Below, piece after piece: positions 30,717 to 40,711 of a stretch of 64,000 nt of DNA. Position numbers and translations under genes: made by a program. Source of the DNA: an uncultured Acidobacteriota bacterium (GTDB taxonomy: Bacteria; Acidobacteriota; Thermoanaerobaculia; Thermoanaerobaculales; Sulfomarinibacteraceae); NCBI GenBank assembly GCA_963727925.1, contig CAVSIS010000053.1:32319-96318 (forward strand), given 5' to 3'. Below the pieces are notes generated by a model. It worked only from the letters and a program-made list of their open reading frames with translations. It searched no databases and was not told the origin of the DNA. Positions within the stretch are counted from its first letter, which is position 1. The number at the start of each line of letters is the position of its first letter.

Positions 30717-32948
30717 ATGAACGGAGTCGAGCTCGGCAGCCACGCTGTCCTGATCACCATCGCCGTTGCGGTTGCGGCAGGCGCGATGCTGATGGTCGTC
30801 GCGCGGCGGCTGCAGACCTCAGCCATCGTGGTGCTGCTTCTCGGCGGTATCGTGCTCGGCCCGGAGGTGCTCGGGGTCGTCCAACCTTCGAGCCTCGGCG
30901 ACCTGCTGCCGGTGGTGGTGTCACTCGCGGTCGGCCTGATTCTGTTCGAGGGCGGGCTCACGCTCGAGGTCAGCGGCTACCGCTCCGCCTCGGCCCTGAT
31001 CCGGCGCCTGCTGTCGGTGGGCGTCCTCGTGACCTGGTTTGCGACCGCGGCCCTCGCGTGGCTGCTGTTTTCCTTCCCGGTCCCGATCGCGTTGCTCGCC
31101 GGCAGCCTGGTCATTGTCACCGGTCCGACGGTCATCGCGCCGCTGCTCAAGCGCATCCACGTCACCGCCCGGGTCCACCAGATCCTCCACTGGGAGGGGG
31201 TGCTGATCGACCCGATCGGCGTCTTCATCGCCATCCTCTGCTTCGAGTTCGTGGACGGCCTCGGCGGCGAGCTCGCGCTCGTCAACCTCGCGCTGCGGGT
31301 CGTGACCGGGCTCGCCATCGGCGCGCTCGGGGGCTACCTCCTGGCGCGCGTGCTCGAGCTCGAGTGGGTTCCGGACGACCTCCAGAACGTCTTCACCTTC
31401 GGCGGGGCGATCCTGGTCTTCGGGCTCACCGAGGCGGTCGGGCACCGGCTCGGCTTCGCCGAGGCGGGGTTGCTTTCGGTGGTCGCGGCCGGGTTCGTGA
31501 TCGGGGCCCGGAGGCCGGCGGGTCTGGCCGACGTCAAGCGCTTCAAGGCCGACATCACCGAGTTGATGATTGGCATGCTCTTCATTCTCCTCGCCGCCCG
31601 TCTCGAGTTCGCCGACTTCGCGCGTCTCGGTTGGCGGGGAGCCGCGCTGGTCGCCGCGGTGATCCTCGTGGTGCGGCCGCTCAACGTCGCCCTGTCGTCG
31701 GCCGGCCTCGGCGTCAAGTGGCGCGAGAAGGTCTTCCTCGGCTGGGTTGCCCCGCGCGGAATCGTCGCCGCGTCGATGGCCTCGCTGTTCGCTATCGACC
31801 TCAAGAGCCGCACCGGGTACGAGTTCGCGGGGGTGTTCGTCGAGACCTTCACGTACTCGGTGATCATCGCGACGGTCCTGCTGGCCGGGTTCACCGCGGG
31901 TCCAATGGCGCGCCTGCTCGGCCTCGTCCGCACCCGTCCGATCGGCTGGATGATCGTCGGCGCCCACGAGCTCGCCCGTCAGATCGCCCGCTTCCTGATC
32001 GCGCGCGCCAAGGTCCCCGTGGTGCTGGTCGACACCAATCCGAGCCGGGTCGCCCACGCTCTGGACGACGGTCTCGTGGCGATCCGCGAGGACGCCCGCG
32101 ACCTCGCGATCGAGGAGCGGCCGGAGCTGATCGAAGCGGGGCGCCTGCTCGCCCTGACAGACAACGAGGACCTCAACAGCCTGTTGTGCGAGCGCTGGCG
32201 GGAGCGATTCGGTAGGGACCACCTGTACCGTTGGGGTACGACCGGCACCCGTGACGGTTCGCCGGCGGTCTCCGGGCGCCAGGTCTGGCCGGGACTGCCG
32301 AAGCCCTCGGCGCTGTCGGCGGAGCTGGCGCATGGCGAGGCGAGGGTGGTGCAGAGCCTGGGTCCGCACGCGGCGCCCGGCGAGGTCGTGACCTCCCTGG
32401 TCGCCCTGGCCGAAGGGCGCGTTGTCATTGACCCGTCCCCTGACTCCGTTGGGCTCGGGTCGGCCGAGACGCTCTCCCTTCGCCGCGAGGTCGACATCCT
32501 GCGTCGAGCGCTGCACCGCGAGCTCGTTCTGCGCCTCGACGTCCGCACGCCGCGCGAGCTCTACCTCGAGGTGGCCGACCGGCTCGCGGCCGTCGTACCT
32601 GGCCTCGAGGCAGCCCGCGCGGTCGAAGAGTTGATGGCCGGCGACCGCTTCTTTCCGGCCGCCCTCGGCCACGGCGTGGCGGCTCCCCACGTTTACTGCC
32701 CAGAGCTCGCGATGCGGCTGTGCGCCGTGGTCCAGCTCCCGGGCGGGGTCGATTTCCACGCCCACGACAGCGAGCGCGTCCACCTGGCGTTCGTCCTGTT
32801 CGGCCCGCCGGACGACCCCGAGGGCCACCTCGAGGCGCTCGCCGAGATCGCCCGACTGGTCAGCCGTCCCGAGCTGCGGCGGCTGCTCGCCGAGGCCGAG
32901 GTCCCGGACGGCGTGCTCGAGCTCCTCCTTACAGCCGACATTGGGTAG
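30717..32948 (+). CDS. NhaP-type (CPA1) cation/H+ antiporter fused to RCK-N and PTS EIIA-like domains
   Basis: ILFEGG, TGPTVI, EGVLIDP, PRGIVAAS; then an RCK-like segment; then ALGHGVAAPH and HLEALAEIARL (EIIA). Confidence 0.88.
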   Translation: MNGVELGSHAVLITIAVAVAAGAMLMVVARRLQTSAIVVLLLGGIVLGPEVLGVVQPSSLGDLLPVVVSLAVGLILFEGGLTLEVSGYRSASALIRRLLSVGVLVTWFATAALAWLLFSFPVPIALLAGSLVIVTGPTVIAPLLKRIHVTARVHQILHWEGVLIDPIGVFIAILCFEFVDGLGGELALVNLALRVVTGLAIGALGGYLLARVLELEWVPDDLQNVFTFGGAILVFGLTEAVGHRLGFAEAGLLSVVAAGFVIGARRPAGLADVKRFKADITELMIGMLFILLAARLEFADFARLGWRGAALVAAVILVVRPLNVALSSAGLGVKWREKVFLGWVAPRGIVAASMASLFAIDLKSRTGYEFAGVFVETFTYSVIIATVLLAGFTAGPMARLLGLVRTRPIGWMIVGAHELARQIARFLIARAKVPVVLVDTNPSRVAHALDDGLVAIREDARDLAIEERPELIEAGRLLALTDNEDLNSLLCERWRERFGRDHLYRWGTTGTRDGSPAVSGRQVWPGLPKPSALSAELAHGEARVVQSLGPHAAPGEVVTSLVALAEGRVVIDPSPDSVGLGSAETLSLRREVDILRRALHRELVLRLDVRTPRELYLEVADRLAAVVPGLEAARAVEELMAGDRFFPAALGHGVAAPHVYCPELAMRLCAVVQLPGGVDFHAHDSERVHLAFVLFGPPDDPEGHLEALAEIARLVSRPELRRLLAEAEVPDGVLELLLTADIG

Positions 32949-32978
32949 ACTGACCTACGATCCACAGGAGGCGCGGGC

Positions 32979-34412
32979 ATGACGACGGGGACCACGTTGC
33001 GGCGGACCAAGATCGTGTGCACCCTGGGACCGGCCACGGCCTCGCCGGTGGGCGTGGCCGCATTGCTTGCGGCCGGCGCGGATGTCTTCCGGCTCAACTT
33101 CTCCCACAGCGACCGCGAGAGCCACCGCCGGACGATCCGCATGGTCCGCGAGGTCGCCCGTGAGCACGGGCGGGAAGTGGCCATCCTCCAGGACCTCGCC
33201 GGGCCGAAGATCCGGCTCGGGGAGCTGGCCGGCGGCGAACGCGACCTGGCGACCGGTGGGAGGATCGACCTGGTGCCGACCGGCGGCACCGTCCGACCGG
33301 ACGACCTTCCGGTCGCCTACCCGTACCTGCTCGAGGACGTCCACGACGGTGAGCGGATCCTGCTCGCCGACGGCCTGATCGAGCTCAAGGTCCTGGAGCA
33401 CGTCGACGGCCGTCTGCGCTGCGAGGTCGTGGTGGGCGACCGCGTCGCCTCGCACAAGGGCGTCAACCTCCCCGGCACGACGCTGCGAGTACCTTCCTTC
33501 ACCGACAAGGACCGCGACGACCTGGCGGTGGGGATCGAGGAGGCGGTCGATCTCGTCGCCCTGTCCTTCGTGCGCCACGAGCGCGACATCGAGCCGGTGC
33601 GGGAAATGCTGGCGGGTCGGCCGAACCCGCCGCTGGTGATCGCCAAGCTCGAGAAGCCGCAGGCGATCGAGCGCCTCGAGGCGATCCTCTCCGCGGTCGA
33701 CGGGGTGATGGTCGCCCGCGGCGACCTCGGGGTGGAAATGCCTGTCGAGCAGGTGCCGCTGGTGCAGAAGCGGGTCATCAGCGAGACCCGCAGAGCCGGC
33801 AAGCCGGTCATCACCGCGACCCAGATGCTGCGCTCGATGGTCACCAGCCCGCGCCCCCTGCGCGCGGAGGCCTCGGACGTGGCCAACGCCGTGCTCGACG
33901 GCACCGACGCGGTGATGCTGTCCGAGGAGACCGCGATCGGGCAGTACCCGGTCGAGGCGGTCGGGATGCTCGACAAGATCGCGCGGGTGGTCGAGCCGAT
34001 CCTCGACTCGGACTCGATCCTGCGCGAGCCGATCTCGGAGGTGCTGCCGCGCACCGCGGCGGCGCTCGCCCGCTCGGCCGGGAGGCTCGCCCGGGACGTC
34101 GGCGCAGCCGCCATCGTCGCCTTCACCGCCTCCGGCTCGACCGCGCGCCTGATCGCACACACTCGGCCGGGTGTGCCGGTGCTGGGGCTCACCCCGAGCC
34201 TGGCCGTGGCCCGCCAGCTCGCCTTGTCCTGGGGCGTCGTGCCGGCGGTGACCGATGTCCTCGGCTCCGAAGACCCCCTGCTCGAGACCGCGAATCGCTG
34301 GGTGCTCCAGGCCGGCCTTGCCGCGTCCGGGGACCGGGTGATCGTGATGGCGGGTGTTCCGTTCGGGATCAAGGGATCCACCAACCTGGCAATGGTCCTC
34401 TCGGTGGAGTGA
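32979..34412 (+). CDS. pyk: Pyruvate kinase
   Basis: RTKIVCTLGP, RLNFSH, KGVNLPG, MVARGDLGVE, ATQML, DAVMLSEET. Confidence 0.96.
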   Translation: MTTGTTLRRTKIVCTLGPATASPVGVAALLAAGADVFRLNFSHSDRESHRRTIRMVREVAREHGREVAILQDLAGPKIRLGELAGGERDLATGGRIDLVPTGGTVRPDDLPVAYPYLLEDVHDGERILLADGLIELKVLEHVDGRLRCEVVVGDRVASHKGVNLPGTTLRVPSFTDKDRDDLAVGIEEAVDLVALSFVRHERDIEPVREMLAGRPNPPLVIAKLEKPQAIERLEAILSAVDGVMVARGDLGVEMPVEQVPLVQKRVISETRRAGKPVITATQMLRSMVTSPRPLRAEASDVANAVLDGTDAVMLSEETAIGQYPVEAVGMLDKIARVVEPILDSDSILREPISEVLPRTAAALARSAGRLARDVGAAAIVAFTASGSTARLIAHTRPGVPVLGLTPSLAVARQLALSWGVVPAVTDVLGSEDPLLETANRWVLQAGLAASGDRVIVMAGVPFGIKGSTNLAMVLSVE

Positions 34413-34473
34413 TAGGGCTGAGCCACGGAGACTCAGCGCGGGCCATCCCCGCAACCCAAGAAGGCGAAACGGC

Positions 34474-34584
34474 AGGGGTAAGAAGGTGAGAAGGTGAGAA
34501 GGGGGATCGTAGGGGCGGAGCTTGCCTCCGCCCGGTGGGACCGAAGGTGTTCCCAGCACGGGCGCACGCAAGGTGCGCCCCTAC
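34474..34584 (+). repeat. Octamer tandem plus inverted REP doublet
   Basis: (GAAGGTGA)n, GTAGGGGCGGAGCTTGCCTCCGCCC (34509), GGGCGCACGCAAGGTGCGCCCCTAC (34560-34584). Confidence 0.8.
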
Positions 34585-34740
34585 ACCAAGCTGCTCAGCT
34601 CGCAACCCTTCTCGGCTCGGCTGCCTGAGATCCTCAAGGGCATTCCACAACCTCAAACGGTCGTACTACACAGGACCGCAGAAGACTCTCGGGTGGGGGG
34701 GTGGCTCAGTGTCTCTGTGCCTCTGTGGTCTTCTGTTCGA

Positions 34741-34765
34741 GAACCTCGGTGTGGGTTTCTCCGTT
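34741..34765 (+). promoter_or_regulatory. ECF-type promoter GAACC-N16-CGTT
   Basis: Upstream of the DUF4097 gene. Same architecture at 63584-63608 (-). Confidence 0.5.
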
Positions 34766-34807
34766 CATCGCTGTGGAGACGTCATGCTCACATTCCGGGA
34801 GGTTGAC

Positions 34808-35785
34808 ATGCGTGTTCGCTGGATGGTCGTTCTCGTCGTCACCGCGCTCGCCCTGCTGTTCGTCCCCGCCGTCGCGTCGTCCGCGTCACAGGCGGTCCAC
34901 GAGAGCCACAGCTTCGCCGTCGACGGCGCCCGCCGGGTGATGGTAGACGCCAGCTTTCAGGACGTCGTGGTAACGGTTCGTCCCGGTGCCACGGTCGAGG
35001 TCAAGGTCGACATGGAGTTCACCGGCTCCCGGGCCGAGCGCCTCGCCAAGGAATATGCGCCGCGGTTCAAGGAGGTCGGCGGCGAGCTGCGCGTGATCTC
35101 CAAGCGCGAGAACGGATCGTGGAGCTTCGGCGGCTGGAGCGACCGCAGTTCCGGCACGATCACCGTGGCGATGCCCCCGGGCCTCGATGTGACGATCGAC
35201 GTGTCCTCGGGCGACGTCCACATCGACGGCGACCTCGGCGATGCCGAAGTGCTGTGCGACACCTCCTCGGGCAACTGCGAGATCTCCGGCGCGATGCGGT
35301 CCCTGAGCGCCGACACCTCCTCCGGCGAGGTCCGCATCCGGCTCACCCGCGAGACGGAGGAAGTCGTCGCCGACACCTCGTCGGGCAACGTGGTGGTCGA
35401 GGGTCCAGCGCGGACGCTCAAGGCGGACACGTCGTCCGGCGACATCCAGGCCGATGGGCTCCTGGGGGACGCCAGCTTCGACACCTCCTCGGGGGACGTC
35501 GAGGCGAGCTGGGCAGTCGCGCCCGGAGCCGCCCGCGTGGTGGCGGACACCAGCTCCGGCGAAGTCACCTTCGCTTTTCCGGCCGGAACGGAGCTCGACG
35601 GGCTGATCAGCACCTCGAGTGGCGACATTCGCTCGGACTGGAACGGCGACCGTAACCGCCACGGCGACGAGCTCCGGCTCGAAGGCGGCGCCGGTGCAGT
35701 CCGCCTGCGGGTCGACACCTCCTCTGGCGACGTGACGCTGCGCCAGGGCCGCGCCACCGCGGTCGAGGCCGCGCCGGGGCACTGA
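34808..35785 (+). CDS. DUF4097/putative adhesin beta-strand repeat protein
   Basis: Signal peptide and about nine (D/S)TSSG(D/E/N)-type repeats. Confidence 0.88.
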   Translation: MRVRWMVVLVVTALALLFVPAVASSASQAVHESHSFAVDGARRVMVDASFQDVVVTVRPGATVEVKVDMEFTGSRAERLAKEYAPRFKEVGGELRVISKRENGSWSFGGWSDRSSGTITVAMPPGLDVTIDVSSGDVHIDGDLGDAEVLCDTSSGNCEISGAMRSLSADTSSGEVRIRLTRETEEVVADTSSGNVVVEGPARTLKADTSSGDIQADGLLGDASFDTSSGDVEASWAVAPGAARVVADTSSGEVTFAFPAGTELDGLISTSSGDIRSDWNGDRNRHGDELRLEGGAGAVRLRVDTSSGDVTLRQGRATAVEAAPGH

Positions 35786-35804
35786 GCGGCGCGCGGCTGC
35801 GCGC

Positions 35805-35945
35805 CGGTGAAGGGTGAAGAGAAAAGGGTGAAGAGTGACGGGGCGGAGCTTGTCTCCGCCCGGCCTCGACCATCACACGGGAGCAGACAAGCTGCTCCCC
35901 TACGACTGACTCAGGCGGCGATTCCGGCACGGGCGCAGGTCAGGC
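35805..35945 (+). repeat. Heptamer tandem plus REP doublet plus conserved tail
   Basis: (GGTGAAG)n, GGGGCGGAGCTTGTCTCCGCCC, GGGAGCAGACAAGCTGCTCCCCTAC (35879-35903). Tail shared with 39757-39797. Confidence 0.8.
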
Positions 35946-35957
35946 TACACTCATGCA

Positions 35958-36170
35958 ATGGACCCGAGTGACGTCTCTCCCCGGTGCCCGTTGTGCGGCG
36001 GGCGGGCCGTGCTCAGGGGGCGTTGAAGCGGTCTCGTCATCGTGTGCACGGCGTGCACCGCGGAGAGACCGGCGAGCCAGCACCCCGAGGTGATCGAGGC
36101 CTACCAGCGTGCCATGCTGCGAGCCGCCGGCTGGCTGGACGAGGACGCTCCCGACTCGCCCTCAGGCTGA
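35958..36170 (+). CDS. Predicted small dual-CxxC selenoprotein (70 aa, in-frame UGA at 36024-36026)
   Basis: MDPSDVSPRCPLCGGRAVLRGR-U-SGLVIVCTACTAERPASQHPEVIEAYQRAMLRAAGWLDEDAPDSPSG*. TACACT -10 box lies 6 nt before the ATG and a hairpin follows the UGA. Confidence 0.72.
36029..36071 (+). promoter_or_regulatory. Candidate bacterial SECIS hairpin
   Basis: Lower stem CGGTCTC/GAGACCG, upper stem GTGCAC-GGC-GTGCAC (36044-36058). Confidence 0.6.
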
Positions 36171-36247
36171 TCCGCGCGTGGCACACAACGGCAACGTCGA
36201 ACAACGGTTCAATGCGGTGAGCAACGTTCGGGGCGACGTCAAACCAT

Positions 36248-36270
36248 AGGAATCCGCGCAGCGGATTCCT
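36248..36270. terminator. Hairpin at the icmF 3' end
   Basis: AGGAATCCGC-GCA-GCGGATTCCT between convergent genes. Confidence 0.55.
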
Positions 36271-36271
36271 G

Positions 36272-39200
36272 CTACATGCTCCTGCGATACCGCCCGCCGA
36301 CCTCGTAGAGTGCGTTCGAGATCTGCCCGAGCGAGGCGGAGCACACCGTGGCGAGCAGCTCCTGGAACAGGTTGCCGCCGGAGCGGGCAGTGTCCTGTAG
36401 GCGCGCCAGCGCTTCGGCCGACAGGTCGGCATGGCGCTGCCGGAAGTCGTGCAGGTGCGCGAGACGGGCGTCCTTCTCCTCCTTGGTCGCGCGGGTGAGC
36501 GGGGTGTCGTCGGCGGTCTCGGCGCCCTCGCGGAGGAAGGTGTTGACCCCGACGATCGGGTACTCACCGGTGTGCTTGAGCCGCTCGTAGTGCAGCGACT
36601 CCTCCTGGATCTTGCCGCGCTGGTACATCGTCTCCATGGCGCCGAGCACGTCGCCGCGCTCGGACAGGCGCTCGAACTCGTCGAGCACCGCCTCCTCGAC
36701 CCGGTCGGTGAGCCACTCCACGATGTGCGAGCCCTGGAAGGGGTTCTCGTTCTTGAGCAGGCCGAACTCGAGGGCGTTGATGAGCTGGATCGCGATCGCG
36801 CGCCGCACCGACTCCTCGGTCGGGGTTGTGATCGCCTCGTCGTAGGCGTTGGTGTGGAGGCTGTTGCAGTTGTCGGCCATCGCCAGCAGCCCCTGCAGCG
36901 TGGTCCGGATGTCGTTGAAGTCGATCTCCATCGCGTGCAGCGATCGGCCCGAGGTCTGGATGTGGTACTTGAGCTTCTGCGAACGCTCGTTGCCCTGGTA
37001 CCGGTTGCGGATCGCGATCGCCCAGATCCGCCGCGCGACCCGGCCGATCACGGTGTACTCGGGGTCCATGCCGTTGGAGAAGAAGAAGCTCAGGTTGTGG
37101 GCGAAGTCGTCGATGTGCATCCCGCGCGCGAGGTAGGTCTCGACGTAGGTGAAGCCGTTGGCGAGGGTGAAGGCGAGCTGGGAGATCGGGTTCGCGCCGG
37201 CCTCGGCGATGTGGTAGCCCGAGATCGACACCGAGTAGAAGTTGCGCACCTTCCAGTCGGTGAAGAGCTGCTGGATGTCGCCCATCATCCGGAGCGCGAA
37301 CTCGGTCGAGAAGATGCAGGTGTTCTGGGCCTGGTCCTCCTTGAGGATGTCGGCCTGAACGGTGCCGCGCACGACGTGCATGGTGCGCTTGAGCACTTCG
37401 CTCCACTCGCCGTCGGCGAGCAGGGGAGCGATGGCGTCCCAGTCCCTGCCGTCCACCACCGGCTGGAAGGCGGCCTCGGGCGGGGCGTCGAGCCGGCCCG
37501 ACTCGATCAGCCGCTTGCGGGCCTGCTGGCGGGCGGCAGCGTTGAAGAACATCGCCAGGATCATCGGCGCCGGGCCGTTGATGGTCATCGACACCGAGGT
37601 CGCCGGAGCGCACAGGTCGAAGCCGGCGTAGAGCCGTTCCATGTCCTCGACGGTGCAGATCGAGACCCCCGACTCGCCGACCTTGCCGTAGATGTCAGGC
37701 CGGGTGTGGGGATCCTCCCCGTACAGCGTGACCGAGTCGAAGGCGGTCGACAGGCGCACCGCGGGCTGGCCCTCGGCGAGGTAGTGGAAGCGCCGGTTGG
37801 TCCGTTCCGGGCCGCCCTCGCCGGCGAACATCCGGGTCGGCAGCTCCTGGGTGCGCTTGAGCGGGAACACGCCGGCGGTGTAGGGAAAGGCGCCGGGAAC
37901 GTTTTCGAGGAACAGGTAGCGGAGGATCCCGGGCCAGGTGATGAAACGCGGGAGCTGCACCTTCGGCACCTTGGTTCCGGACAGCGAGGTCGAGGTCAGG
38001 GGGACGCGGATCTCCTTGCCGCGGACGGTGTAGCTGAACTCGTCGCGGGCGAAGTCGGCGCGGATTTTCGGCCAGGCGGCGAGTAGTTCGCGGGAGTCAT
38101 AGTCGAGTCCGTGGGCGCGGCGTCGGATCTCAGCGTCGAGGTCGGCGAGGTGGGGCTCGGGGGTGGCCTCGGCGGCCGTGATCTCCTCGAACAGTTTCCA
38201 CAGGTCGGCCTGGCCGCCCTCGCCCTCGCGGGCCGACAGGATGGCTCGGGCCCCGACCAGCTGGTAGAGCCGGTCGGCGACCGCGATCTGCTCGTCGGCC
38301 CATGCCTTGTAGGAGCGCACGGACTTGGAGATCTCGCGCAGGTAGCCGGAGCGCTCGCCGGGGATCACGGGGTGGCGCTGGGGCGGGCCGATGGGCTTCG
38401 CCCTGGTCCCCTCGAGAGACCAATATCCGTCGTGGTCCGCGGCGAGGCGGCGCACGATCGCCTGGTAGAGGGCGTTGACGCCGTGGTCGTGGAACTGGTG
38501 GGCGCAGGTCGGGAAGACCGGGAGCTCCTCGTCCGCCGGGCCTTCGAACAGGACGTGGCAGCGGCGGTACTGCTTGCGCACGTCGCGTAGCGCGTCGAGC
38601 GCGCCCGGGCGGTCGAACTTGTTGATCGCCACGAAATCGGCGTAATCGAGCATGTCGATCTTCTCGAGCTGCATCGCGGCGCCGTACTCGGGCGTCATCA
38701 CGTACAGCGAGAGGTCGGCGATGTCGACGATCTCGGAGTCGGCCTGGCCGATGCCGGACGACTCGACCAGAATGAGGTCGAAGCCGGCGCCCTGGCAGAT
38801 GGCGATCGCCTCCTGGATGTGGCCCGAGAGCGCCCGGTGGGCCTGGCGAGTGGCGAGGGAGCGCATGAAGACGCGGTCGGAGCCGATCGCGTTGAACCGG
38901 ATCCGGTCGCCGAGCAGGGCGCCGCCAGTCTTGCGCTTGGTGGGGTCGATCGAGAGGATTGCAATCGTCAGCTCCGGAAAGTCGGCGAGGAAGCGCAAAA
39001 CGAGCTCGTCGGTGAGCGAGGACTTTCCGGCGCCGCCGGTTCCGGTCGATCCGAGCACGGGGGCGGGAGTCGCGCGCTTGGGGATCGCCACCGTCTGGCC
39101 GGCTTCCGCACGCGAGATCGCGCGCGCCACGTCGAGCCATCGCTCAGCGCCGGCGCCGAGCTCGTCGCCTCCAGGCAGCGCGGCGGGGTCGAAATCCGCG

Positions 39201-39625
39201 GCCTCGATCATGGCGTCGATCATGCCGTCGAGACCGAGCCTGCGGCCGTCCTCGGGCGAGAAGATCTTGGTCACACCATAGGCTTCGAGCTCCGCGATCT
39301 CGGACGGCACGATCACGCCGCCGCCACCGCCGAAAACCTTCACGTGGTCGGCGCCGCGCTCGCGCAGCCGATCGACCATGTAGGTGAAGAACTCCATGTG
39401 CCCGCCCTGGTAGGACGACACGGCGATGCCCTGGGCGTCCTCCTGGATCGCGGCGTCGACGATCTCGGCCACCGACCGGTTGTGGCCGAGGTGGATGACC
39501 TCCGCGCCGTGGGCCTGGAGGATGCGGCGCATGATGTTGATCGCGGCGTCGTGTCCGTCGAACAGGCTCGCGGCGGTGACGAAGCGGACCTTGTGCTTCG
39601 GGACGTAGGCGGGCTTCTGATGCAT
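36272..39625 (-). CDS. icmF: Fused isobutyryl-CoA mutase / MeaB-type GTPase chaperone
   Basis: B12-binding [45 protein letters not shown]; 1117 aa. Confidence 0.95.
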   Translation of the reverse strand: MHQKPAYVPKHKVRFVTAASLFDGHDAAINIMRRILQAHGAEVIHLGHNRSVAEIVDAAIQEDAQGIAVSSYQGGHMEFFTYMVDRLRERGADHVKVFGGGGGVIVPSEIAELEAYGVTKIFSPEDGRRLGLDGMIDAMIEAADFDPAALPGGDELGAGAERWLDVARAISRAEAGQTVAIPKRATPAPVLGSTGTGGAGKSSLTDELVLRFLADFPELTIAILSIDPTKRKTGGALLGDRIRFNAIGSDRVFMRSLATRQAHRALSGHIQEAIAICQGAGFDLILVESSGIGQADSEIVDIADLSLYVMTPEYGAAMQLEKIDMLDYADFVAINKFDRPGALDALRDVRKQYRRCHVLFEGPADEELPVFPTCAHQFHDHGVNALYQAIVRRLAADHDGYWSLEGTRAKPIGPPQRHPVIPGERSGYLREISKSVRSYKAWADEQIAVADRLYQLVGARAILSAREGEGGQADLWKLFEEITAAEATPEPHLADLDAEIRRRAHGLDYDSRELLAAWPKIRADFARDEFSYTVRGKEIRVPLTSTSLSGTKVPKVQLPRFITWPGILRYLFLENVPGAFPYTAGVFPLKRTQELPTRMFAGEGGPERTNRRFHYLAEGQPAVRLSTAFDSVTLYGEDPHTRPDIYGKVGESGVSICTVEDMERLYAGFDLCAPATSVSMTINGPAPMILAMFFNAAARQQARKRLIESGRLDAPPEAAFQPVVDGRDWDAIAPLLADGEWSEVLKRTMHVVRGTVQADILKEDQAQNTCIFSTEFALRMMGDIQQLFTDWKVRNFYSVSISGYHIAEAGANPISQLAFTLANGFTYVETYLARGMHIDDFAHNLSFFFSNGMDPEYTVIGRVARRIWAIAIRNRYQGNERSQKLKYHIQTSGRSLHAMEIDFNDIRTTLQGLLAMADNCNSLHTNAYDEAITTPTEESVRRAIAIQLINALEFGLLKNENPFQGSHIVEWLTDRVEEAVLDEFERLSERGDVLGAMETMYQRGKIQEESLHYERLKHTGEYPIVGVNTFLREGAETADDTPLTRATKEEKDARLAHLHDFRQRHADLSAEALARLQDTARSGGNLFQELLATVCSASLGQISNALYEVGGRYRRSM

Positions 39626-39673
39626 CGTCCCTCCCGTGGCGGGTGCCGCCCGATCTTAGCAGGAACCGGGGCG

Positions 39674-39797
39674 GGAGACGCGAGACGTCGTAGGGGCGGA
39701 GCTTGTCTCCGCCCGGTTTGAAAGGTCACACGGGAGGAGCCAAGCTGCTCCCCTACGACCGACCCACGCGGCGACTCTGGCACGGGCGCAGCTCAGG
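39674..39797 (+). repeat. REP doublet plus conserved tail
   Basis: GTAGGGGCGGAGCTTGTCTCCGCCC (39690), GGGAGGAGCCAAGCTGCTCCCCTAC (39732-39756). Confidence 0.82.
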
Positions 39798-39960
39798 AGA
39801 CTGTCTCGAAGCTCGAACGCGCCTCCCGCTCCTTGACCAGCGTTGGGTGTTCGGGAGCACGTGGGAGCTTGAACCGCCACGGTGCAAAGAGCTCAGAGAT
39901 CTCGGGTGACATCTCATGGCGGTCTTCTTCGCGGGCTTCGCGGTTCAATCGAAAGGGTGG
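39797..39960. mobile_element. Degenerate copy of the GAGGCTGTCTC MITE
   Basis: GAGACTGTCTCGAA end, TTGAACCGC...CTTCGCGGTTCAATCGAAA internal palindrome. Confidence 0.55.
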
Positions 39961-39969
39961 TTGCGTCCC

Positions 39970-39988
39970 GTATACTGGTTGTATACAA
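39970..39988. promoter_or_regulatory. GntR/FadR-type operator
   Basis: GTATAC-TGGTT-GTATAC, including the palindrome TTGTATACAA, upstream of the GntR gene. Confidence 0.6.
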
Positions 39989-40023
39989 TCTCTGTCATGC
40001 GAGGAAGCGCCGACGTTGTCGCG

Positions 40024-40701
40024 ATGCCGGGAGCCGTCGAACGGAGAACCGTCGCCGAAGGGGTCTACCGTGCGCTCAAGCGTGACCTGATCACGCTGCG
40101 CCACCGTCCGGGCGCGTCGCTCACCGAGCAGGAGCTCGCAGCCGCATACGGCTCCAGCCGGGTCCCGGTGCGCGAGGCCTGCCGGCGGCTCCAGCAGGAT
40201 GGGCTCCTGACCGCGGTGCCCTACAAGGGTTACTTCGTCAACCGGATCTCGCTCAAAGAGATCAACGACTGTTTCGAGCTGCGCGAGGTGCTCGAGACCC
40301 ACGCCGTCAACGGCGCCGTCGAGCGCGCCAGCGAGGACGAAATCGAGCGACTGGAACAGCTCGCCGAGACCGAGTACACGTTCCACGACTGGGCGTCGTA
40401 CGCCGACTTCCTCGATCGCAACCTCGAGTTCCACCTCGAGGTCGCGGGGCTGGGCGGCAACGAGAGGCTGGTCGCGATGCTGCGCGACCTGCTCAGCTCG
40501 ATGCAGCGCTTCTTCTTCCTCGGCCTCGACCTCGACGACTTCGCGGCCGAGATGCGGCGGGAGCACCAGACCCTGGTCGACCTACTGCGTCGGCGCAACA
40601 CCAAGGGCCTGGTGTCCTGCATCCGCTCGCAGATCGCGGCCTCGCGGCGTCGGATCATGACGGCTCTTCAGGACCGCCGGCTCGACATTCCCCTGGAGTG
40701 A
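40024..40701 (+). CDS. GntR family regulator (FCD domain)
   Basis: EQELAAAYGSSRVPVREA HTH, FELREVLE, FHLEVA...N..L. Confidence 0.92.
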   Translation: MPGAVERRTVAEGVYRALKRDLITLRHRPGASLTEQELAAAYGSSRVPVREACRRLQQDGLLTAVPYKGYFVNRISLKEINDCFELREVLETHAVNGAVERASEDEIERLEQLAETEYTFHDWASYADFLDRNLEFHLEVAGLGGNERLVAMLRDLLSSMQRFFFLGLDLDDFAAEMRREHQTLVDLLRRRNTKGLVSCIRSQIAASRRRIMTALQDRRLDIPLE

Positions 40702-40711
40702 GGTGACCCCG

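Noticed and set aside
36179-36195. sigma54 promoter TGGCACACAACGGCA
   Set aside because: GG-to-GC spacing is one base short, and no gene lies downstream on that strand.
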